This document shows, in pieces, positions 46,482 to 56,130 of a stretch of 64,000 nucleotides of DNA (the stretch's first letter is position 1; the number at the start of each line of letters is the position of its first letter). This stretch comes from Pirellulales bacterium. GTDB lineage: Bacteria > Planctomycetota > Planctomycetia > Pirellulales > UBA1268. Where the stretch lies: positions 366 through 64,365 of the forward strand of contig JBBAVV010000025.1 of the NCBI GenBank assembly GCA_040397545.1, given 5' to 3'. The position numbers and the translations under genes are program-made. The notes beneath the pieces are model-generated. The model did no database searches and had not been told where the DNA came from. It worked only from the letters and a program-made list of their open reading frames with translations.

Positions 46482-48635
46482 TTATCTCGCCGGCGGTGTC
46501 TGAGGCGTGGCAGGGGGCACGTTGGACTTGCCGAGGAGATGGCGCTCGAACCAGGCGAGATCCCATTCCATCTTCGCGCGGCGGTGGTTTTGCTTCACGA
46601 GGCCGTGACCGGCGCCGGGATAGACGACCAGCTCCGTCGCGACGTCGAGGTAGGTCTTGAGGGCCCGGTACATCGCCCGGGCATGGGCCGCCGGAACGCG
46701 GGCGTCGAGCTCGCCGACATGGAAGAGCGTCGGGGTCTTCACCCGGTCGAGCGCATACATCGGAGAGGCGGCCCGGTAGGCATCGGGCTCGGCCCACGGC
46801 AGCTTGCCCCCCATGAAGTTGACGACGTGGCCGGGGGTGTCCTCCGTGCCCCACTGGATCACCTGATCGACGACGCCGGCGCCACTGCTGGCGGCCTTGA
46901 AGCGGTCGCTCGCCGCCACGAGGCAGTTGGTCAGATAGCCGCCGTTGCTCCACCCCATCACCCCGATCCGATCGGGATCGGCGATGCCGGAAGCGACCAT
47001 CGCGTCGACGCCGGCGAGGATGTCGGCGACCTCGATGTCGTTCTCGCGACCGACGAGCTCCTCGAGGAAATCGTCGCCGTAGCCGGTCGAGCCGCGGTAG
47101 TTTGGGGAGAGCAGCGCGTAGCCCTTGGCGGGAAGGAGGACGCGGCCGTAGATCCAGAACTGGAGCTGGAGGAGCGACGATCCGGTCGGGCCGCCGTGGA
47201 TCTCCACCACCAGCGGCAGCCGCTCCCCGGGCTTGGCGTCGGGGGGAAGCTCGAGCACCCCCTCGACCTCGCGGCCGTCAGGAGCGCGCCATTGCACGAG
47301 CGAAATTGTCGGAAGCTTCCAGCCATCGACCTGGGGATTGAGCTTCGTGAGCCGATTCATCGCTCCGTTGCCCCCCACGAGATAGAGGTCGGGGGGATCG
47401 GTGAGCGTGGCATCGATGATGCCGAGCTGACCATCGGCGGCAATCGAGAAGGCCGCGACGGCGTGGTCGCCGGGGGTGAGGGGGCGGTCGGCCCCCTGGC
47501 GGCCGTCACGGAGGTCGGCGATTGCGTGGACGCGGGCCCGGGCGCGCTGTTCGCCGATGAAGCACAGCTCGTCGGCGCCGCGCCAGGCGAGCGTTGCCCC
47601 GAGCACGCTTACCCCGGCGGGGCGGCGCAGCTCCCAGGCGTTGCCTTTCGCGCCGCTCCACTGGCAGGCGTAGATCCGGCAGGGGTGGCCGTCGAACTCG
47701 ACCGCGAAGGCGAGCCTGCCGTCGGCCGACCAGCAGGGGCTCTCGATCCAACCGAACGGGGAGGGATGGCCGTCGCGCCAGCCGGACGCCGTCACCACCT
47801 CGATCGTGCCCGTGGCCGCGTGCCAGACGTCGATCCGCGACCAGCCCTCGAGGTGGAGGAGCTCGTCGTCGGGAGTCGTCACCATCGCGATCCGCGCTTG
47901 GTCGGGCGCCACGCGCAGCGCCGTCACGACGCGTTTCTCGTCGATGAGCTTCTCCGCTCTCCAGCTCTCCAGATCGAGGCGCCACACCTGCGTGAACTTC
48001 GTCACGCCATGGCCGTATTCGATCTCCTTGTGGCGGGTGCGGAGATCCTTCCACTCGTCGTCGGTCCCCTCGGCGACGACGGTGTAGTAGAGGGCCCGGC
48101 CGTCGGCGGAGAGCTCGGCGCGACCGATCCCTTCCTTGACGCGCGTCACGGCCATCAGTCCCGAGCCATCCGCTGCGATCCGCCACACCTGCGTCTTGCC
48201 GTCGTGGGGCGGGGCATCGTCACCGGGGCGGCGGACGTTGGCGGTGAAATAGAGGCGCTTGCCATCCGGGCTCCACTGCGGAGCGGCCTCCTCGGCCCGG
48301 TCAAACGTCAGCCTCTGCCGGGCCTTCGTGGCGACGTCGACGATCCACAGATCGGCATTCCGCGTGTCGTCGGCCCCCTCCCAACGCTGCTCGATGTAGG
48401 CCACGGTGGCCCCGTCGGGGGAGACGGCGAGGGTCGACGGGGTGCCGAGGGTGAAGTAGTCGTCGATCCCGATGTCGTGGCTGCGGGGGAGCTGGGCGGC
48501 GGCGGAGCCGGTGATGAAGATCCAGCCGAAGAGCACGAAGCAGACGGCACGCAGGCAGGTCACGGAAGCGTCTCCGGCGGAAGGGGAGGGGACTCGCCGC
48601 GATGATACGCTTGCCGGACCGTGGGCCGCGAGCAC
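46482..48635 (-). CDS. S9-family serine peptidase (prolyl oligopeptidase / acylaminoacyl-peptidase type) with an N-terminal beta-propeller
   Basis: 717 aa with a GTG start. It has a signal/TM segment, TolB-like propeller repeats, the nucleophile motif GVMGWSNGGY, and a C-terminal VYPGAGHGL. Confidence 0.85.
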   Translation of the reverse strand: MLAAHGPASVSSRRVPSPSAGDASVTCLRAVCFVLFGWIFITGSAAAQLPRSHDIGIDDYFTLGTPSTLAVSPDGATVAYIEQRWEGADDTRNADLWIVDVATKARQRLTFDRAEEAAPQWSPDGKRLYFTANVRRPGDDAPPHDGKTQVWRIAADGSGLMAVTRVKEGIGRAELSADGRALYYTVVAEGTDDEWKDLRTRHKEIEYGHGVTKFTQVWRLDLESWRAEKLIDEKRVVTALRVAPDQARIAMVTTPDDELLHLEGWSRIDVWHAATGTIEVVTASGWRDGHPSPFGWIESPCWSADGRLAFAVEFDGHPCRIYACQWSGAKGNAWELRRPAGVSVLGATLAWRGADELCFIGEQRARARVHAIADLRDGRQGADRPLTPGDHAVAAFSIAADGQLGIIDATLTDPPDLYLVGGNGAMNRLTKLNPQVDGWKLPTISLVQWRAPDGREVEGVLELPPDAKPGERLPLVVEIHGGPTGSSLLQLQFWIYGRVLLPAKGYALLSPNYRGSTGYGDDFLEELVGRENDIEVADILAGVDAMVASGIADPDRIGVMGWSNGGYLTNCLVAASDRFKAASSGAGVVDQVIQWGTEDTPGHVVNFMGGKLPWAEPDAYRAASPMYALDRVKTPTLFHVGELDARVPAAHARAMYRALKTYLDVATELVVYPGAGHGLVKQNHRRAKMEWDLAWFERHLLGKSNVPPATPQTPPAR

Positions 48636-48638
48636 CCG

Positions 48639-49805
48639 CTACCCGGCGAATCGGTTCGGGGCGAGGAAACCGATTGGCTGTGACGTAGAGCCATCGAGGG
48701 CGAGGTCGGCGAGGATGGCGCCGACGACGCTTGCAAACTTGAAGCCATGCCCTGAAAAGCCGGCCGCGATTGCCACGCGGGAGTGCTGCGGATGGAGACC
48801 GATGAGGAAGTGGGCGTCGGGGGTCATCGTGTAGAGGCAGGCGGCATGGTGGACGAGGTCGCTACCGAGAGTCGGGAGCCGGGCCCGTGCCACTGCTGCC
48901 ACGCGCGCAGCCTCGGCCCGGTCGAGCGAGCGGTCGAGCGCCAGCGGATCGGCGACGGGGGTGCCGCCGGTGTGCTCGGCGATTTTCACGCCGCGGTCAT
49001 CGAGCGCCGGAAAGCCGTAGTAGAAGCCGACGGGGGTGTCGAACGCGAAGCAGGGGAGGCCGGTCCCCGGCTCGGGCCCGGCCGCGAATGCCGCGCGGTG
49101 CTCCGCCGGGGGACGATACCAGCAGAGCGTTTTTTTGAGCACCTCGAGCTTCACCGACGGGATCTCGAGGAGATCGGCCGCCCACGCGCCGGGCGCGATC
49201 ACGAGCCGATCGGCGTGGAACGTGCCCTGGTCGGTGTCGACCGTGACGCCCCTTGCCCCGGCATGCCAGCGGTGGATGGCAACGCCCTCCTCGAAGCGGG
49301 CGCCGTGACGCTTGGCGACGTCGGCGTGGGCTCGGACACATTCCTCCACCAGGAGGTAGCCGGCCGCCGGCTCCCAGACGGCGAGAAAATCGTCGTCGAG
49401 CGCGAACGCCGGCCAGCGTTGCCGCGCTGCGCCCGCCGTGAGCCGCTCGACCGGAAGGCGATGGATGGCGGCGGCGTGGAGAGCGCCGGCGACCGCCGCA
49501 CCGTTCTCGGGGCCGGCCAGCAGCAGCCCCGACTGGACAAGGAGCCTCGTCCCCGTCGCCTCCTCGAGCCCGCGCCACAGCCGGTAGGCTTCGAGGAGCA
49601 GGGGCACGTAGTCGGGATGCTCGAAGTAGGCCTGGCGGATGAGCCGCGTCTGGCCGTGGGAGCTGCCCCGATCGTGGGCGAGGGGGAATCGATCGAGCCC
49701 GATCACCGTCGCGCCCCGCGCGGCCAGATGCGCACAGGCCGCCGTTCCCATCCCGCCGGTGCCGAGCACGATGACGTCGGCGGTGGCGGCCGTTGCGGGG
49801 GGCAT
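48639..49805 (-). CDS. FAD-dependent N-methyl amino acid oxidase (monomeric sarcosine oxidase / N-methyltryptophan oxidase family)
   Basis: 388 aa. The dinucleotide fold is VIVLGTGGMGTAACAHLAARG, and the C-terminal region has ..ACLYTMTPD..GFSGHGFKF. The TAG stop lies 3 nt before the S9 peptidase start. Confidence 0.8.
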   Translation of the reverse strand: MPPATAATADVIVLGTGGMGTAACAHLAARGATVIGLDRFPLAHDRGSSHGQTRLIRQAYFEHPDYVPLLLEAYRLWRGLEEATGTRLLVQSGLLLAGPENGAAVAGALHAAAIHRLPVERLTAGAARQRWPAFALDDDFLAVWEPAAGYLLVEECVRAHADVAKRHGARFEEGVAIHRWHAGARGVTVDTDQGTFHADRLVIAPGAWAADLLEIPSVKLEVLKKTLCWYRPPAEHRAAFAAGPEPGTGLPCFAFDTPVGFYYGFPALDDRGVKIAEHTGGTPVADPLALDRSLDRAEAARVAAVARARLPTLGSDLVHHAACLYTMTPDAHFLIGLHPQHSRVAIAAGFSGHGFKFASVVGAILADLALDGSTSQPIGFLAPNRFAG

Positions 49806-49879
49806 GGCGGTTCTTCCGCACGGTTCAAGGGCTGCTGTTCACCGGCGGGCGCAGCTCAAGACCCCGGCCCGTTTCTTCC

Positions 49880-52015
49880 TCACTCGGCCCCGGCGCCGAC
49901 AGGCTCCGGGGGGGCCTCTTCGGCGATAGCAGGCTCGGCAGCTGGCTCGGCGGGGGCAGCGGGATTCCCTGCCTCTTTCCAGAGCGAGGCCCCAACGAAC
50001 ATCCATCCCTCCGGCACCGTCTGCATCGTCATCCCCGCCGTACCGAAGTAGCCGCGGATGACGTCAAACTCCGGCAGCGTCGTCCCGTCGAGGCGTGGCT
50101 TCCGCGGCTCCTTCGACTTCTTTCCCCCCAGGCCCGCCCCTGGGTCGTCACGGGCGATCAGAAGGGCGTTGGCGAGCCGGCCGGCGAGGCTTTTGTTCTC
50201 GGGGCCCTTGCCGGCCCGCAGCAGCTCGTAGGTCGGTTGCACCATCTGCTCGGTGCGTGCGAAGGTCCGCAGGGCGACATCTCCCGGCAGGAGAGCCTTG
50301 AGCTGCTCGACGGCCTCGTTGTAGTCGGCTTCCTGGGCAAACGGCGGGGCCTTCCCTTCGAGGACCTTCTGCAGGATGTCGAGATGCGAGGCAATCAGAA
50401 TCTGGCCGTGGGCGACCGCCACGGCGGCATTGGGGAAGGCGGCCGCATCGGGGTCTCCCCCGAGGGCGCCGCGGGGCCGGTCGTCATCCTCGTCGTCGCG
50501 GGCCCGGACGCGCGTCGCGCGGGTGGCCTTGCCGGGCTCGTCGGGAACCGTCTCCCAGATCACATGGCCGCCGAAATCGATTTTCCGGGTCTTGGCCTCG
50601 GTCGACATGCTCCGGGCGATCGTCGCGGCAACCGTCTCCGGATCGTCGGCGGCGATCGCGATCAGCATCCGCTCGCAATCGGGGCCGAAGGGGAGGACAT
50701 GGTCGCCAGTGATCATCACGGCGCCGCCGAGATGACGGATGAGGTCGTTCTCGACGTCGATCTGCGGGCCGTCGGGATCTTCTTTCAGACTCGAGATCAC
50801 GTCGTCGAACACCCCCGGCTCACCGACGACGTCGTCGACGAGCGGCTCGAGTGCCCGGAAGACCTTGGGGAGATCCCATTGGAGGCCGAGCCAGCTGGCG
50901 GCATCCCCCGGCACCCACGGCGCGGGGGCGAGCGATGACGCATTGGGGAACTCGAGGATCTGGGCCGCTTTCTCGTAGCGTTCCTTTCCGCCGGCCACCG
51001 TCGGCGGGGCGTAGATGAGCGTATTGTGGCGGAGGTCGACGTCTCCCTCGCCATAGAACACGATCCCCCCGGCTCCCTTGATGCAATCGAAGCCGTTGCG
51101 GCGCGCCATCGCGACGTAGTCGGCCGGCTTCCGCTTCGAGGCCTTCTTCGGCGCGGGGCGGCTCTTCTGCCGGGCCTGGGCGAAGGCGAGCGGATCGATG
51201 AACCAACGCCCCGTCGGCACTCCGGCCGGAACCGTTTCAGAACATTTCCGCAGCACTTCGCGGAAGGCCTCGAGCGACGCGAGCGAGTCCGGACGCCCCT
51301 TGGCGAGCGCGGGGAGGAGGGCGGCGACCGCCTCAGCGCTGGTGCCGGCAACGATCGCTCCGGGCTTTGACGCATAGGCGAGCCGGCGCGGGGGGGCCGG
51401 CTCCGTGGCCGGCGGCTGACCTTCACGCGGCGAGAGCGGCGGCAGCTCGAAGGCCGAGATCCCTTCAGGAGCGGCGAGCTTCTTCGCCCCTCGGTCGGCG
51501 AGCCGCTTGAAGACCGTTTCCAGGGTCGCAGGGACGTCGTCGTCATGGCCGGTGGTGTCGACCAACAGGAGCCCGGCGAGGGTCCCGTCGGCCGCCTCGA
51601 CCGCCGCCACCACCGATTCACCGCCGCTGACGCCCGAGAGCTCCTTCGGTGTGATCCCGAAACCCATTCGGTCGCCAGCGATGCTCGAACGCTGTTCGTC
51701 GAGAGCGTCGTAAAAATTCTGCATCGCCGGCTCGTCGAACAGCCTCCCCAGGGCGGAGCGGTCGAAGCGTTCGCGGAGGGCTGCGGCGTCGGGGGCGCTG
51801 GCCCAGGCCCGTGTCGTTGCCGGTAGAACCTGCTCGCTGGGGGGAAAACCGGCCGCGGCAGCCGTCGAGACGGCCGACGCGAAGGTCAGCAGCGCCACCA
51901 GGACCACGCCCCGGTTCCAGGCCAGGCCCCCGACCGATCGGTTCGCGGGCCCGTCAGCTCCCGGCCTCCGGCCCGAGGTCCCCGTCGCCGTCACCGGCAT
52001 CCCTGCCACCACCAT
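49880..52015 (-). CDS. Large hypothetical secreted/membrane-anchored protein
   Basis: Start set to ATG 52015 (MVVAGMPV..VVLVALLTFASAVSTAAAAG), because the longer ORF would overlap the amidase gene. No family recognised. Confidence 0.6.
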   Translation of the reverse strand: MVVAGMPVTATGTSGRRPGADGPANRSVGGLAWNRGVVLVALLTFASAVSTAAAAGFPPSEQVLPATTRAWASAPDAAALRERFDRSALGRLFDEPAMQNFYDALDEQRSSIAGDRMGFGITPKELSGVSGGESVVAAVEAADGTLAGLLLVDTTGHDDDVPATLETVFKRLADRGAKKLAAPEGISAFELPPLSPREGQPPATEPAPPRRLAYASKPGAIVAGTSAEAVAALLPALAKGRPDSLASLEAFREVLRKCSETVPAGVPTGRWFIDPLAFAQARQKSRPAPKKASKRKPADYVAMARRNGFDCIKGAGGIVFYGEGDVDLRHNTLIYAPPTVAGGKERYEKAAQILEFPNASSLAPAPWVPGDAASWLGLQWDLPKVFRALEPLVDDVVGEPGVFDDVISSLKEDPDGPQIDVENDLIRHLGGAVMITGDHVLPFGPDCERMLIAIAADDPETVAATIARSMSTEAKTRKIDFGGHVIWETVPDEPGKATRATRVRARDDEDDDRPRGALGGDPDAAAFPNAAVAVAHGQILIASHLDILQKVLEGKAPPFAQEADYNEAVEQLKALLPGDVALRTFARTEQMVQPTYELLRAGKGPENKSLAGRLANALLIARDDPGAGLGGKKSKEPRKPRLDGTTLPEFDVIRGYFGTAGMTMQTVPEGWMFVGASLWKEAGNPAAPAEPAAEPAIAEEAPPEPVGAGAE

Positions 52016-52208
52016 CCGCCTGCATCCTGCCACGTGATCCCTCGCGTGTTCGCTGGAGCCAGCCCCCGTGCCTGCACTGCCGATCCCCCGCGGGACGATT
52101 CCAGGCAGGATCCCCGAGAGGAGCCTGAAGAAAAGAACTAAAATACCCGCTGATGCGGAATCCGGCCACAGCAGGAAGCCCGATGCTGCAATCAGGGGCC
52201 AACGCGAC

Positions 52209-53588
52209 TCACCCTGGGGCGAGCTGTCGCCAGGCGATCGCCTCCTCGAGATCCCACGATACCGACAGCACGTCTGACTCGCGAAACATGGCGCCGATGA
52301 GTTGCACGCCGATCGGCAGGCCGTGTGGGGAGATCCCGGCCGGGATGCTCGCCGCCGGGAGGCCGACGAGGTTGACGACGGCGGTGAAAGCGGCAAGGGT
52401 CGCCGCTCGGGCGAAGGCGTCGGCCGGTGGTAGCCCGGCCCAGGCCCCGATCGGTGGCGGCCCGACGGCGACGGTGGGGGTGAGCCAGAGGTCGGCCGTG
52501 CCGAACACCGGCGCGAACCGGTCGACGAGCCGGTCCTCGAGCGCGTCGACCTCCCGGTGCCGAAGCCCCTTCGCCCCCTCACGCAGCCAAGCTGTCACCG
52601 CCTGCGCCCGCCGCCAGCGCATCAGCGGGATCCCGCCGATGAGCCGCTGCCAGATGGGGAGAAACTCGTCGAGCCCGCTCTCCGGCAGCCGGCCCTCCTC
52701 GACGGAGTGCCCGAGCCGCTCGAGAGTCCGCGCCGTGTGCCGCAGCGCCAGGAGGATGTCCGGATCGGTCGGCACCATCCCGTTCGATTCGACGACCTTG
52801 ATCCGCAGCGGCTTCGGCGTCGCCTGACGAGCGGCAAACGGCCGCGAGGGGGGGGGTGCCCAGTGCGTCCGGCCGGTGTCGATGCCGGCCATGACGTCGA
52901 GGAGGGCGGCGGCATCGGAGACCGTCCGGGCCATCGGCCCCGAGGTGTAGAGGATCCGCCGATCGGGGAAGCGGAACTGGTTCACGATCCGGCCGCGCGA
53001 GGGCTTGAGGCCGTAGAGGCCGCAGAACGACGACGGAATGCGGATCGATCCGGCGCCGTCGGAGCCCTGCGCGATCGGCAGCATCCCCGCCGCCACCGCT
53101 GCCCCCGATCCGCCACTGGAACCGCCGGCGGTGTGGGTGGGGCTCCAGGGGTTGCGGGTCGGTGGATGGATGTCGGGCTCGGTGACCGGCATGGCTCCCA
53201 GTTCGCTCGTCGAGAGCTTGCCGAGGATCACGAAGCCGGCCCGCCGCAGCGGGCGGACGTTGGCATCGTCGAAGGGGAGAACGATCGCCGGCATGCCGCG
53301 CGAGCCGAAGCGGGTGCGCGTGAAGCGAACGGCATTCAGATCTTTGATGCCGATCGGCACGCCATGGAACGGCGGGAGGCTGTCGCAGTGGCGAAGCCGC
53401 TCCCGATCCTTCCGCCGCGCCACCTTCACCGCGTCGTCGAAGACGGTCACGAAGGCCGAGAGCGACGGATTCTTGGCCTCGATCCGCGCGAGGTGGTGGC
53501 GGACGAGCTCCTCGCTCGAGATCGCCCCTTCGCGGATGAGCTTGGCAAGGACGAGGGCGGGAAGCGTGTGGAGCGACGAGGTGGCCAT
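52209..53588 (-). CDS. Amidase (amidase-signature family, GatA-like)
   Basis: 459 aa. The signature is GGSSGGSGAAVAAG with upstream GIKD and downstream SIRIPSSFCGLYGLKPS. Confidence 0.85.
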   Translation of the reverse strand: MATSSLHTLPALVLAKLIREGAISSEELVRHHLARIEAKNPSLSAFVTVFDDAVKVARRKDRERLRHCDSLPPFHGVPIGIKDLNAVRFTRTRFGSRGMPAIVLPFDDANVRPLRRAGFVILGKLSTSELGAMPVTEPDIHPPTRNPWSPTHTAGGSSGGSGAAVAAGMLPIAQGSDGAGSIRIPSSFCGLYGLKPSRGRIVNQFRFPDRRILYTSGPMARTVSDAAALLDVMAGIDTGRTHWAPPPSRPFAARQATPKPLRIKVVESNGMVPTDPDILLALRHTARTLERLGHSVEEGRLPESGLDEFLPIWQRLIGGIPLMRWRRAQAVTAWLREGAKGLRHREVDALEDRLVDRFAPVFGTADLWLTPTVAVGPPPIGAWAGLPPADAFARAATLAAFTAVVNLVGLPAASIPAGISPHGLPIGVQLIGAMFRESDVLSVSWDLEEAIAWRQLAPG

Positions 53589-53645
53589 CGGGGGAGGGCT
53601 GTCAGGGCGTCGTAGCCGGAGGGGCGGGGGCGGGGCACGAGTGGC

Positions 53646-55073
53646 TCAAGGATCGCGGCGGGAGAAGATCGCGCAGGCGATGGCGAGGTAGGCGACGGTG
53701 TGGAGGAGCGTCAGCCCGAGCCCCTTTTCCCAGGAGAACGAGGCGCTCTCCATGAGCGCCCGGAACGGCCCGGCGACGGCGAAGTCGCGCATCAGCTGGC
53801 GGTCGACGAGGTTGTCGAGATCCTCGGTATGGGGGAGGACGGCGTAGACCCCCTCGGTCATCCGGCCGATGGTCGTCTGGTAGAAGGGCCTGCGGCCCGG
53901 CTTGAGCCCCTCCTCGCGGCGCGGCTGGCGGCCGCGGATCGTCTCGGCGATGCTCGTGGGGCGCATCTTGCCCACGTTCGCCTCGCGGATCCGGCTCTCG
54001 ACGGCGACGTTGTTCATCTGGCCGGCGATGAACAGGATCGCCCAGTAGGCGACGGTGACGAGCATCGCCGAGATGACGCTCCGAGTGATGACCCCCGTCA
54101 GAACGCTGACCGCGAGGAGGAGCGCGAAGAAGACGAGCAGGCTGGGGAGCGCCAGGAGCACCCCCGGCGACCAGACGTCGGCGAGGATCCCGGTGATCAG
54201 CCAGACGGCGAGGACGAGGATCCCGAGGAGGCCGGCGACGAGGAGCAGGGCCCCGACATACTTGAAGACGAGCAGTTGCCAGCGGGGGATCGGACGGACG
54301 AGGAGCAGCTCGAGGGTTCCCTTCCGCACCATGTTCGGCACGAAGGCGGCCGTCACCGCCACGCTGACCAGGAGGAGGATCGTGCCCCCCAAACCGGTGG
54401 CGAGGAGCTTTTGGAGGATCAGAACCTCGAGCCCCAGCGGTGCTCCCTTCGTGCCGGCCAGCTCGACGCTGTCGCCGAAGAGGGTGAAGCGGTGGGGCCA
54501 GAGGAGCCGCAGGTCGCGTCCCGGGGCGACGGTCATCTCCCACGTCTGCGAACCGATCTTCCGGGTCCACTCCGGACCGGTCTCGCGGATTTCCGTGATC
54601 GTCCAAAGCTGGCCGTCGGCGATCCTCCCGAACCGAGCCGTGATCTCCTCCCCCGTTTCCGGCGCTCCGACCAGCGGGATGAACGTCCGCTTCAGCGTCG
54701 CTTTCCAGTGGCCTTCGGGGAGATCGGCTTCGAGTGGCTCCGCAGCGCTGATCGCATACACCGAGCCGTTGAGCCGGCCGGCGACATCCCCCATCGATTG
54801 CGTGGCGATGTCGATGCCGTCGAGATCGGCCGCCAGCGCCCGGGCCGCGATGTCGAGATACTGCCGGCCCCCCGGCTGCGGCTCGATCCGCCCGGTCAGC
54901 GCCGCGCCGAAGAGGAGCGCGATCGCCAGCAGCAGAAGATAGAGAACCTTAGCGTCGAGGAACTCGCGCCACGTATCCCGGAGGATGGCGGCGAACGTCC
55001 GCAGCACCATTGGCCGCACCGCGACGCGTTCGGCCTCCGCATCGGAGCGGATCGGGCGATCGGGATCGATCAC
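53646..55073 (-). CDS. ABC-2-type transporter permease with a large extracytoplasmic loop
   Basis: 475-aa polytopic ORF with a GTG start. The start overlaps the stop of the upstream ATPase gene (55070-55073). Confidence 0.7.
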   Translation of the reverse strand: MIDPDRPIRSDAEAERVAVRPMVLRTFAAILRDTWREFLDAKVLYLLLLAIALLFGAALTGRIEPQPGGRQYLDIAARALAADLDGIDIATQSMGDVAGRLNGSVYAISAAEPLEADLPEGHWKATLKRTFIPLVGAPETGEEITARFGRIADGQLWTITEIRETGPEWTRKIGSQTWEMTVAPGRDLRLLWPHRFTLFGDSVELAGTKGAPLGLEVLILQKLLATGLGGTILLLVSVAVTAAFVPNMVRKGTLELLLVRPIPRWQLLVFKYVGALLLVAGLLGILVLAVWLITGILADVWSPGVLLALPSLLVFFALLLAVSVLTGVITRSVISAMLVTVAYWAILFIAGQMNNVAVESRIREANVGKMRPTSIAETIRGRQPRREEGLKPGRRPFYQTTIGRMTEGVYAVLPHTEDLDNLVDRQLMRDFAVAGPFRALMESASFSWEKGLGLTLLHTVAYLAIACAIFSRRDP

Positions 55074-56011
55074 GGTGTCCCTCCGCCGCTGGCGATGGCG
55101 AGGTACAGATCCTCGAGCGTCGCCCGTTCCCGTTCGAGGTGGCGCACCCGCAGCCCCGCGGCGCTGGCCGCGGCCAGAAAGTAGTCGATCGCCTCGTTGG
55201 CCTCGGCCTGCGGGAGGGGGGGCGGGCCGTCGGCAGGGGCGAGGCTGACCCGGAGTCGGCTCCCCCCCTCGACCGGCTCGACTGTCGCGCCGGGGAAGCG
55301 GAACGACGCCGGCATCCCGCGATCGAAGGCGACCAGCCAGCTCGCCTTCTGCCGAGTCAGATCGGCGACGGTGCCGGTGACCATGAGTTTCCCCTTGCGC
55401 AGGATCGCCACCCGGTCGCAGAGCTGCTCGACTTCGCCGAGGAGGTGGCTGTTGATGAACACCGTCACGCCGCGGCGGCGTTCTTCGAGGAGCAGATCAC
55501 GGATCTCCTTTCGCCCCACCGGATCGACGCCGTCGGTCGGCTCGTCGAGAAACAGGACGCGGGGACTGTGAAGGAGGGCCTGCGCGAGCCCCAGCCGTTG
55601 CTTCATCCCCTTGGAGTAGCCGCGGATCCGCAGCTTCTCCCGGCCGGCGAGGCCGAGGAGGTCGAGGAGCTCGGCGGCGCGGCGACGGCGCTGGCGGCGG
55701 GGGATACCCTGCAGGGCGCCGTAGAGGTCGAGGAGGCTCGTGCTCGTGTGATACTCGGGGAGGCGGTGGTCCTCGGGCAGATAGCCGACCTCGCGCCGGG
55801 CGGAGAAGGTGCCGACCGGCTGGCCGAGGAGGGCGGCCTCTCCGGCCGTCGGGGCGACGAGGCCGAGGAGGATCTTGATGAGCGTCGTCTTCCCCGCGCC
55901 GTTTTGGCCGAGGAGGCCGAACAGCGTGGCCGGTTCGACATCGAGGCTGACCCCCCCGAGGGCCCGGTTGGGCCCGTACTGTTTTTCGAGGTGGTTGACG
56001 GAAACGACCAT
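55070..56011 (-). CDS. ABC transporter ATP-binding protein (ABC-2/CcmA-like)
   Basis: Walker A is GQNGAGKTT, the signature is YSKGMKQRL, and Walker B is LFLDEPT. ATG 56011 is preferred to TTG 56020. Confidence 0.85.
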   Translation of the reverse strand: MVVSVNHLEKQYGPNRALGGVSLDVEPATLFGLLGQNGAGKTTLIKILLGLVAPTAGEAALLGQPVGTFSARREVGYLPEDHRLPEYHTSTSLLDLYGALQGIPRRQRRRRAAELLDLLGLAGREKLRIRGYSKGMKQRLGLAQALLHSPRVLFLDEPTDGVDPVGRKEIRDLLLEERRRGVTVFINSHLLGEVEQLCDRVAILRKGKLMVTGTVADLTRQKASWLVAFDRGMPASFRFPGATVEPVEGGSRLRVSLAPADGPPPLPQAEANEAIDYFLAAASAAGLRVRHLERERATLEDLYLAIASGGGTP

Positions 56012-56130
56012 GGCATCCAATCCTACCAGACCGCTACGGTGGGGGACGTGACGGGGCGGGAACGGCAGCCGCGTGACACCCCCCGGCGGAAGTCGCCCCG
56101 GGGATCATCGAAGGGAGGTGGACGCCACCT

